Of a stretch of DNA of 64,000 bases, positions 24,521 to 35,532 are shown piece by piece (within the stretch, counting starts at the first letter, position 1; each line of letters opens with the position of its first letter). The DNA lies in assembly GCA_043228905.1 (NCBI GenBank), contig JBHGNT010000005.1, forward strand, positions 23,684,001 through 23,748,000. The letters are read 5' to 3'. The translations under genes and the position numbers were made by a program. Source of the DNA: Azolla caroliniana (lineage: Eukaryota > Plantae > Polypodiophyta). Below the pieces are notes generated by a model that saw only the letters and a program-made list of their open reading frames with translations, was not told the DNA's origin and did no database searches.

Positions 24521-27500
24521 GACTTAAGGGGAGAATTGGAGGAAGTTTCGGATGAAGGTGAATAGCAAGCATCGGGGACTTCGGCACATACCGGAGGATG
24601 TGTGGGTTCGGAGGGGGCGAGTGTCGTAGTGTAATTCGCACACTACGTGAAAAATTACATTTTTGCCTTAGAATTTTCTTTCCTCCTAGTCCAAAACCCC
24701 AGAGGTTCCCACCCGACTCACGCAACGATCCGGAGCCGAAAGGCACGACACCGCCATATCCACCGCACGTGCCTTCCTCCCCGGTCGGTCCTCCTGAACG
24801 CCGTTGCCGATCCGGACACTCTTTCTTTGTCCATCGCGTAGGTCCTCCGATTAGGCCCTCGGTCACCCCGTTTGCTCGCCGGATTCCGCCCCTCGCGTAC
24901 CACTTGTGTTCTATCTCCAACTCGATCCTCTCTTCGTCTCGAACACCTCGTGCTGATTCCCTCCATTCCGCGCTCACCTTCCGTACGCTCTTTCCGTGTG
25001 CCATTGTTGTCTCCCAAACACGCACTTGTTCTTCGGTCCCTCGGCGACCTCATTACGTGCTCCTCGCTTCTCCTTTGCTCGTCGTGGTCTCTCGCCGTAG
25101 AGCGTACCGTCATTCTGACCTCCGGGTTGGTGTCCTTCGCGGCTCTCGTTACCGCTTCACCTCGACTCTCGTCCTCTTGGCCCACTTGGCCTCGCATGTC
25201 TTCCGGGACGCCGTATTTTCTCTTCTCGGTGTGTAGCCCTTTGTCCTCGGCGCACCATCCTTCGCTCTCGCCGTTCGTCCGTTGACCCCGGCACCTCACT
25301 GCTCCGTCCTTCGTCTCGTACTTGCCTCTCAAAGGCTCGACCGGTCCGCCGTTGCCGGTCACTCGTTGTTGATCTTCTGGGTGCATGCTTGTTTCTTGGC
25401 CCTTCGCCGGCCGTAGTGCATGCTTTGCTTCACGCCCTTCACTCACCGTAGACCCGACCTCCGCGTCGGCCTCTTCTCCCTTTGTTGGCGTAGCCACTTC
25501 CGACTCCGGCTTACTGTCTTGGCCCCACTCGTCCGTCATTCCGTGCTGGATACCCGTTCCGGTAACCTTGTCCGCTCCGGCTTCCAACTCCTCGCTGCCA
25601 CCCGTCATCTCTCTGGTCTTACGTTGATCCGCAACTGGCGAAGTCTCTAGAATAGGTGTGGAGGGTCCCTCTTGCTCTCGGTCTTTCACCGAACCGTAGT
25701 CGTCGTGCCCGGTTAGCCTCCCTCTCGCGCTCACCGGCTCCCACTGGGTGTTGTGACCCATATGCCTCAACCTCCAATCATAACGGCATAGCCTTTGCCC
25801 GGTTCGGTCCTGACCGATCATGTTCTGGTTCGGTTGTCTCCCTTCCGTAATCATAACCGGCCGGCAAGGGTTTGGTCAAACAATCCGGCCTTGCCTGCCC
25901 TCCTTCGGTTTGGGCCCGGTTGACCGGCCCCCACTCCAATTTTCTTCCGCGTTGTCTTTCGGTCGTGTCGGTTCCCGACTCTCTCCTCTTTGCCACTCCC
26001 GGCCTCCCTTTCAGGCCTTCCGCACGTGCCTGCTTCGGGCCTCGCATCCTCACAGCCACCACCCATCTCTCCGGACCTATGTTGGTATGGAACCGCCGAA
26101 GTCTTCGGCCCTGGTGTCGAGGGATCTTCCTCGTTCTCGTTTCGGTCACCCGCCTTGTCGCCACCACCGTTCGTCACTCTAGGTCTCATACCAGCTCTTG
26201 GGCCGGATGCCGGAGTCTTTAGAACCGGTGTGGGTAAGGTCCTGGCACCACCACTCATTATGTCCGTAGCCGCCTCCATCCGAACCTCGTTGTCCGCGGC
26301 TACCCTGTCTCCAATCATGCAAGCCTCGATTATGCTTGCCGCCTCCTCTTCTTCGCTTTCCTTGCCGTCGTCTAGGTTGCCCGCCTTGTCGTCGCCACCG
26401 TTCGTTACTCTAGGTCTCACATCGGCTCTCGGACCGGATGCTAGAGTCTCTAGAATCGATGTGGGTAAGGTCCCGACACCACTGCTCGTCTCCTCCCCGC
26501 TTGATGTTCCAGGCCACCGTATCTCGAATCCTCCGTCCACTCTCGAAGTGGCGCTCCCCGCTCCGTAGTCACCGACCTCATCCATGGCCGTCCATTCACC
26601 GCAAGACAAGAGGGTCGCTTGCTCCGCACCCTCTCTCACGTCACCGTCGTATGCTCTTACGGCCTCCACATAGGCCCTGTTGTCCACGCATACGAAGGCT
26701 TCTTCCTCCGCATCCTCCGATTGTCTCCGGCCCATCTCCATAGTAGACCCTTCTTTGGCTTCGATTTGTGCCTTCATGATCTCGTATGCTTCCTGTACCA
26801 AGGCCTCTAGGTCGTACTCCTCCGGTTCATCGTGCATCGAGCTCTCTTCCGGCGGTAGTGCGTAGCCGCTCACCGCCCTCTCTTCTCAGCCGCTCACGGG
26901 CCACGTTGTTGCCGACCGCTCCCCATTGGGTTCGACCGCTCCCCATTGGGTTGCCGGCATACCCACTCCGGTTTCATGTATTCGTATGCCTCCAATAGAG
27001 CTCCCTCAAAGAACTCCCACGACTTGTGAGCTTCTTGAAGCTCCTTGACCTCTTTTGTGCACCGATACGGCCGCCACTCGACGAAAATATTCTAGCCGCA
27101 TCGCTTCGTCCACACCCCTCTTCGTCATCTCGGCATTGTACGCTTCCAAGAACCTCGTGACATCATCCCCGTTGAATCGGCCGACTCGATCGACCACCCG
27201 CTCGACGGCTTGTTGAGCCGCATCTTGCCTCACATTCTTCCGTCGGGCATCCATCACAATCTTCGCCATCATCTCTGCAAAGTCGAAGTCTTTGTCTTCC
27301 ACCTCCATCCTCCCTTGCCACCTCTTCACGTCGGGTTCACCAAAGATGTCGCGTTATTCCGCGAGCGTGTGTAGGATCCGAAGCGGGACCACGAGGGTCT
27401 TGGACTAGGGAGTAGAAGAGAAAGAGTAAGACAAGAAATGGAAGCTTAGCTCAAGAGGAGGAGGAATAAAACATTAACATTGAACGAGAAAATGATCGAG

Positions 27501-28173
27501 GCAAGATACACAAATGGTTTGTATTAAGAAGAACACCACACACATTACAACCATGGCCACATAGGCTACACCCAATGACTACAAGAAAACCCCTAAAGGA
27601 AACCCAAGAAGAAAACCCTAGAAGAAACCCTAACCGAATAGGAAACCCTTGATCTAAGTGGTATGCCTCTCTCACCCAAAATAGGCAACCCCTTCCAAAC
27701 TGACCCCTCACTCCCTTTTATAGTAGTAAGGGGTGAGGCACATTACAAGAGGAGTGGTCAAACCCCCTTCTCCTTTTCGAAGGAGAATATTTGATCTCGA
27801 TCTTGAGACCGTTGGCAATAACTCTCACTCCTCTAGCCGTCCTAATCAATGCCCATTACTTTCTTCACTTATTCTTCACGTACCTCTATCTAGTCTACCA
27901 AGTGCACATCACATTTAAACTTAACAAACTCCGTGGAGCACCTTAGGTTAATACCCTTCCCCTTTACATTTTGTTATCTTATTTTTATATACAAATGTAC
28001 AAATGCATGTGCAACGTTGCACATCCCCATTTTCTTCATCCCGCTCGGTTTTCTCACTATGGACGAAAATCATCACGAAAACGCAGCAAGCAGAGTTCTG
28101 TACTTCTTCGCATCTTATGTGAGCGATCAACTCTTGAGCTATATTTGGGATGCCAAGATGCCAAAGGATGTGT

Positions 28174-29406
28174 TCTCGTGAAGATTTTTGGCAATGGTGT
28201 GAAAATCGCATAAAACACACAAAATCGAGTATGAATCATATAAAACAAGTGAAAATATTATTTTAAATAATTTTAATATCTTAGTACAAAAAGATGGAGG
28301 TCTTCAAGAGCTTTCGAATGTACTTTACTACATAAGAAACAAACATCTAAGTCTCAAGTTATGTGGGTAGGAAGTTTACAAAAGAAAAGAGAAAAATAAA
28401 ACTGTGATATATCCCAGATTGATAGGAAACTTTAGGGTCCAGCTATATAAGCAAAATGAGATCCATCATATTTTATTTATGAGTTAAGAGCACATAAGAA
28501 ATAGTTGGACTTGAGCCACTTTTTTCTAGATGGACATATTTGGCTACGTTGCCGGATGTGGCTAAGTGCCCGAAATGGCTAGTGAAGAAATTCAAACTGA
28601 CGATAGAATCGGAATTTGGATGGAGCTGGCAATCGGTGACCGGATGGAGCCAGCGGCATCCGGCAACAGAGCCGGTGATCTGGCGGCATCCGGTGATGGA
28701 ACCGGCGAAGGAGCCGGTGATCTGGCGGCAATTGGCGACAGAACTGGTGAGCCGCCGGCAACCGGCAAGTGACTCGGAATGTGGACCGAACCGGATCGGG
28801 ATGCGGATTGGGCCGGACCAAACAGATGCAAATCGAACGGATCGGTTGATCGCGGTGCATGGTGTCTTAAAGATATTTGGTCCAAAAGCCTAATTGTATT
28901 TTGTGCATAAAAGAAAAAGATGTAAGCAAAACTCGAACTTTGCACCTCCAAGATAGGAAGCAATAGGCTTACCATGAAGCCAAATCATTTCTTTAGGGAT
29001 TATATTTTTATCATTATAACTTTACATGTAAATTCTCATATTGGAGCTTGATTGAGTGACATGTGATGCATGAGCGCCAAATGGCAAACATGCATTGTAT
29101 GCATGTCTTATACCCTCACATGCATCATATGCATGGGAGCATCTATAAAAGGGTGGATGAAAAAGAGAAGGGCGCTTTTGTACTTGATACCAAAATTAAT
29201 ATTTAGATGAAAATTCGTTATCCAATTGATGTATTAATCTTTCTCTCAATCTAAAATTAAGCATTTTATCTTATCTCAATCTCTCTATCTTTCAATCTAT
29301 CTTAAATCCTTTGTCGCTAAAGCTAGTGCAAACTTCGAATCCTTCCGGTCCAGAACCCCGGCGGTTCCGCCTCACGATCCGCGGATAGTGACGGATCTTC
29401 ACGATA
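28174..29406 (+). mobile_element. Solo LTR (G), Trp lineage
   Basis: Mutated termini TCTCGTGAAG...CTTCACGATA; TSD GTGT/GCGT; splits copia gag KDA|WENL; CCGG-rich repeats like the LTR of E. Confidence 0.8.
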
Positions 29407-32400
29407 GCGTGGGAAAATCTCAAACGAAATTTTGCCACCAGCACAATGGCCAGGAAACCGCAACTTAGGTAGGAGCTCAGTAATGTCCAACAGAAAGATC
29501 TATTTGTGGCCGATTGTACAGTTTGAATCAAGGAGATCTGTGACTCTCTCACCTCCATCAATGTGAAAATCAAGGAGGATGAAATGGTGTAGGTTTTCCT
29601 CATAGGGTTGGCGTCAAAGTTCGGAGCATTCTAAACGACTGTTTGCACAAGGGAGAATATGCCTTCGTTTTTCGAGCTTCAGTCGATGTTGCTTATAGAA
29701 GGAAACCAGTCGGGTGCGTCGATGAGTACGCACACTAACAACAAGATGTTGTACATGGAGGCGGATTGGCCCCGTGTGCAATGGAAGCAGACGACATGAG
29801 CAGAACTCGAGGCATAATCAAAATGCTGATAACAGTTCTGGATCCTCCACGAGTAGTGGGTGTCATGGCAGTGAAGGAGGTTGGCAAGGAAAGGCCGCTA
29901 CGGATTGTTAGTACTGTGGCTGGAAGAGCCACTAAGAAAGCGAGTGCTAGAAAAAGCAAGCTAATTCGGACAGAGCCGGATTGAGCCGAGGAGACACAGA
30001 TAGGTGTCAGAGATCACACTATGCCGAAGGCTCGGGGCGAGCTGGAATGGGCCCAACCATCGTAATGAAGCACAACGCCAACTCGATGGCAATGAACACC
30101 TCAAGGTCGAACAAGGTGTGGTATGTGGATTTGAGAGCATTGAACCACATGAAGAATCACCAGGAGTGGTTCTTGACTGTGGAGAAACCGGAACAACTGG
30201 GGGTCGTCGAAATTGGTGAACATATCGGAGACGCCCCTCTAAGCCATGTCGGCCAGAAAGGGATAATTAGGAATGTCTTGCATGTGCCGACAATCACCAA
30301 GAACTTGGTGTCGGTTGAAAAAATTGTCGACTAGGGCATGCAAGTTCGATTTACTCACCTGGGGTGCTTCATAGAAGAAGAAGGCAAAATCATCGCGCAA
30401 GGGCACTGAGAAGGGAGGGCGTTTATCCTCAAAATGAATGACGTAGGCACCACTATGTTTGCAAAAAGGCAGAAGGTTGAATCGGATATTGACCTATGGC
30501 ACAAGCGGTTTGGCCACGTCAACTTCTCATGGCTTTGAGAGATGTAGACGAAAAACATTGTATTTGGCTTGCCAAAATTCAGTGGCCAAAAGGGCCAGGT
30601 TTGCAAAGCCTGCTAGTTAAGGAAGCATCACCGACTTCCGTTCCCAAGTGAAAGAAGTCAGAGCTGAAATAAGCTCGATTTAATCCATTTGGATGTATGG
30701 GGACTGACGCAGAACGTGAGCATCAGAGGAAGCAGATATTTCATGATCTTCATTGATGACTTCATTTGGCATACCTGGGCATGCACAATAGAGAAGAAAA
30801 CCGAAGTATTCTCCAGTTTCTTAAAGGTGAAGAGCCTTGACGAATGGGAGACAGGCCAAAAAATCAAGTGTCTTAGGACCGATGGCCAAAAAGATTATTT
30901 TTCCAACTAGTTCTCTAGTTATATACAAAAGGAGGGAATTCAGCGTGAATTCTCTTGCAGATACATGCTGCAGCAGAATGGTATGGCCGAAAGGAAGAAT
31001 CAGATTATTGAAGAAGCAGCCAGGGCAATGCTCGAGGAGAAGCATATGCCAAAGTTTTACTGGGCCGAAGCCGTCAGGATGGTTGTATACCTGTAGAATT
31101 GGACTTCTGCAAATGGAGGAGTGTCGTCACATGAGTTGTATTTAGAAAAGAAACCAAATTTGGTACACTTGAGGGTTTTCGGCAACATAGCATATGTGCA
31201 TGTGCCGAAAGAGAAGCGAAGGAAGTTAAATGCAAAGGTCGAGAAGTGTATCTTGGTCAACTACTCGGATGAGCAGAAGGGTTATAAGTGTTATAACCCC
31301 TGAACGAAAGAGGTACGAGTAAGCTGAGATGTTGTTTTCGATGAGTTGGCATTGTGGTACTCGCCTCCATCTCCAACACGCACTCACTCCATTCCGAATT
31401 TTGAGGATGAGGCCCATGAGGCTGAGTTGCCCCTTGATGAGGAGGCAATCGAAGCTCTGGAGGAGATCTCGATTTCATTTCTGCTAAGTGGGCTGAATGA
31501 GTGACTGAGTTGGAAGGACCAGTCGAAAGATGAATCTGCAAGTAGTGGAGACTTGGCCGTGTAGTCCCCCAACCAAAAATCGAGGAGATAGTTTTCGCGG
31601 AAGGAGAAGGGAAAGATGAAGATGCCGGAGTACGAAATTGAGGCCGAAACATCGGATTGGAGCAAATCCGACGTGGCAAAGAGCAAAGAAGGACCTCTGA
31701 GAATAAGGTCAAAGTCGGCTGAAAGGGCCGTGAAATCGGCGAATCAAAAGTTGTGCCGATCCACCCGCCAAAAGAATCCCATGATCTGGTATGAGTACAA
31801 TGAGTATATGATGCATCATTATGCATATATGGCAAAGGTCGCCGAAGTGCGTGAGGCGGAGAGCTATGCAGAAGTGGCAAAGGACGCAAATTGGCATGCC
31901 GCGATGGAGGAAGAGATGCGAGCATTATTGGAGAATGAGATTTGGGACCTGGTTGATGCACCCAAAGGTGTGAAGCCAATCAGATGCAAGTGGGCGTACA
32001 AAGTTAAGTACAAATGCCAACGTCTTGGTCAACCAATATAAGGCCCTATTGGTGGCCAAGGGTGACACGCAAAAACACAGCATCGATTACGATGAGACCT
32101 TCGCGCCAGTGGCGAAGATGACAACTGTTCGTGTACTACTGGCGGTGGCTGCGGCAAAGGGGTGACACTTACATCAAATGGATGTAAAGAACGTGTTCCT
32201 ACAAGGTGATCTTGAGGAACAAGTGTACATGGTACAACCCCCTAGATTTCTATCCGAATGAAAAACCTTGGCAGTTTTCTGATTGAAGAAGTCATTGTAT
32301 GGACTTAAGCAAACCCCTCATGCCTGGAATGCAAAGATCACGCAATGATTGCATAAGATGGGGTTTGCTCCATTGAAATAGGACTCTTCATTGTTCATTC

Positions 32401-32873
32401 GGCCGAGTCGGACTCGATTGATAAACATATTGCTTTATGTCGATGATCTAGTCATCATCGGTGTTGACCTCGGAGAAATCGGCTGTGTAAAGTCTCAGCT
32501 TGCGGCATCATTTGAAATGAAGGACCTCGGGGGCCTTCATTACTTCCTCGGGATCGAAGTAATCCAAAACCCTAAAGGCATATTGATCAGCCAACGCCAC
32601 TACGTGCTAAATATGCTCTGGACAGAAATGTCAAACTTCTAAATATGCTAAATATTGATTAGCCAACGCCACTACGTGCTAAATATGCTCCGTATCGACC
32701 CCTCTAGACAGAAATGTCAAACTTTGCCAAGATTCGGTTCGATAGACTGTCGGAAGCCTCATTTATTTAATGATCACACGGTCGGACCTCAGTTACCCGA
32801 TCAACCTGATCAGGCAACTCATGTCACAGTTCCGCCTTTAGTGAGCGTAAAGGATATTGTGATATGTTAGCAG

Positions 32874-33862
32874 CATAGATTGACATATTCGCATTCGTGG
32901 GGGTTTCCATACGAATTCATACGAATACGCATAAGAATGGATGAAAAAATATTCGTTTAGAAAAAAAGAAAAAAAAAGAGTTCATACTTTTTAGTTTCTA
33001 ATATATATATCATATAACAAAAAGACTTTCACATTAAATAGGGAATATTTAACTTCACATTAAAAGAAGACTTAAACTAAATAATATTTTTATATAATAG
33101 ATAGAAAACTTAAAATTTAAAAGCATTTTATTATTATTAATAAATATAAAATAATAATAAATAATAAATAATAAATAAAAGGTTGATTAACTCCATACTT
33201 TTTACTCTCCCACAAAAATTGATATTTTTATCTATCATTAAAAGGCACCTCATACTAATAATATTTTTATAATATATATAAAACTTAAATATATTTGTTT
33301 TATTTTTTAATAAAACAATAAATAAATAAATAAATATAAAATAAATAAACGGTTCCCATAAATTTCCTATTTTTATCTCATATTAAAAAGGGGAACTCGC
33401 ACTAATAATATTTTTATAATATATATAAAACTTAAATGGAAATATTTTATTTTTTAATAGAACAATAAATAAATAAAATATATGTAAAATAAATAGAATA
33501 TGTAAAGAAAAGGTTCTCATAAAATTTTATATTATTATTTCACATTAAAAAGGGGACCTCTCACTAATAATACTCTTATAATAGATGAAAAACTTAAAAG
33601 TATTTGTTTTATTTTTAATAAGAAAATAAATAATAAATAATAAATAAAAAGTTAATTAATTCCCCACCTTTTACTATCGTGACATTTAAAAGGGACCTTA
33701 GACTAGTAATATTTATATATATAATATGTAAAAATATTTTTTTTAATAATAAATAAATAAACGAATGGTTCTGTAATATTCTTAGGGTCATTTCGTATTC
33801 TCAAATTTTACGAATTTTACGGATGTCGAATACTACGAATTTAACGCATGGATCAATCTATG
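32874..33862. mobile_element. Non-autonomous hAT-type DNA transposon (MITE-like), 989 bp
   Basis: TIR CATAGATTGA...TCAATCTATG, perfect 8-bp TSD GTTAGCAG, subterminal TACGAAT motifs, AT-rich internal repeats. Confidence 0.88.
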
Positions 33863-35080
33863 GTTAGCAGTACTACGTATAGGGCATTGTTATATCGGGC
33901 AGGAGTAGCTGAGGAGTTAGTCGGTTACACAGATGCCGATTGGGCCGGAAATGCTGGCGATCACAGGTCAACATCTGGATTCACATTTTCATTGGGAAGT
34001 GTTGCGATCACCTTGAGCAGCAAGAAGCAGTCAACAATGGCACTGTCGAACACTAAGGCCAAGTATCGAGGGGTAGCTGTTGCTAAATGCAAAGTCATTT
34101 GGCTCTTGAAGGATCTGCTCGTGGAGGTGTCCAAGACAACAATGATATACTGTGATAACCTCAATAGTATCCAACTTGCTTCCATGCCTTGACGAAGCAC
34201 ATCGAGGTGCATTATCATTTCGTCCACAAGCGAGTCCTCTCTTGAGAAGTTGAACTTGTGTATGTTCCCACTGATCGGCAGGTGAGTGATATCTTCACCA
34301 AACCTCTTGGCCTGGACAAGTTGCGAAATTTTTCAAGTATGCTTGGCTTACAACATCTCGACATGCCGAACTTGAGGGGAGGAGTGAAGAAGGAAAGGAG
34401 AGAGACAAAGTTCGAAAACCTGAATTGGATGAAGAATTCGATTTCGGCACAACTGAAGAAGTCGGAACGTCCGGATCGCCTGAAGAAGTCGAGGACATGT
34501 GGATGGATGAAGGAAGATCGGCTAATCGAGGGATAACCAGATACAGGGGGAGCGACCGAAAGAGAGAGTCGAAGTCAGAGCCAACCGAATGAAGGGGTGG
34601 AAAAGCCAAGAAAGGCAAGAGAGGCGGCAGAGTCAAGAAGGATAGAGCCGACCAAGTGAAGGCTAGGACCAAAACATGAGCGGATGTGGTCAAGGGCCTG
34701 GAAAAGGACTAATCGAAGATAGCCGATTCAGTCGAGAGTCAAAGTGAATCAGAAGTAGCTGATTCAATTGAAATGTTTGATTTGGAGGAACCGAATTGAT
34801 TGGTCAAGCGGATGAGAAGGCAAATGAAGCCGATATCAACACGGAGGAGCCGACAGGTCAAGGGCGCCAATACCGCAATTATGAGGGAGCTGAGAAGGGC
34901 CAATGTAATAGACAAGCCGATCGAGAAGGTTGAGGTGCGTAGAACCGGACATGTCATGGGAAGAGAGATCGGATTGTATGAGGAGCGCGAGCGAGGTGTC
35001 AGGACACCAAGGGAGGAAGCTGGAGTGACGAACCAGCCAGAGTTGACACGACGGGACCTCATGTTGAGCTTGAGGGGGAG

Positions 35081-35403
35081 TGTTGAGAGACAACCTCAAC
35101 ATGGGCCGAATCGGCTGAAGAAGCCGAGGGTTGAGAGCCGAGGATCGAGCGCCAAAATTGAATAGAGTTCGAAATGGGTGACCCGAGTCATTGGAATTCT
35201 GATAGGCCATTAGAGGCCTATATTCCTATTATAGTAAATAGGAATATTGTAGGCAGAGTTAGTGTTAGGCTCATTTTTGAGCACTCAAGTACTTGTTAGT
35301 ACTTGTGTTAGCCCACTCGTTAGGGCTTATATATAAAGTGCACTCTGAGCACTCTTGTATGTACTGAGCCTTTTGTAATCAAAATATTGTTGTCTGCTCA
35401 ACT

Positions 35404-35434
<31 letters not shown>

Positions 35435-35532
35435 CCCCATCATTTTCTATGTTTACCGAACTATCGAGTTTACGAAATTGACTATGTACTCGGTGTCTAT
35501 TGCACACGCTTCCACACACATATTCTTTTACA
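35081..35532 (+). repeat. 3' LTR of copia 16150-35532
   Basis: Homologous to 16150-16569; ends TTTACA followed by TSD ATTCT. Confidence 0.92.

Larger units (their letters stand above)
17278..24750 (+). mobile_element. Degenerate full-length Trp-lineage gypsy (E)
   Basis: 5' LTR 17278-18170, PBS 18175-18192, gag-PR to 20094, pol to about 24520, PPT gagggggcgag, short 3' LTR 24622-24750, TSD CCGC on both sides. Confidence 0.92.
16852..28080 (-). mobile_element. Non-autonomous Trp-lineage gypsy derivative (D)
   Basis: 5' LTR 27347-28080, PBS TGGTGAACCCGACGTGAA at 27342-27325, gag N-terminus 27006..27329, no pol, partial 3' LTR 16852 to about 17175; TSD ACGT/ACGC in copia gag (WEH|AASR). Confidence 0.8.
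16150..35532 (+). mobile_element. Degenerate Ty1/copia element expanded to 19.4 kb by nested insertions
   Basis: LTRs 16150-16569 and 35081-35532, TSD ATTCT on both sides, PBS tggtatccgagc, PPT gagggggag; gag pieces 16672-16851, 28081-28173 and 29407 onward; pol remnants about 30100-34380 (LLYVDD, YTDADWAG). Confidence 0.92.
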
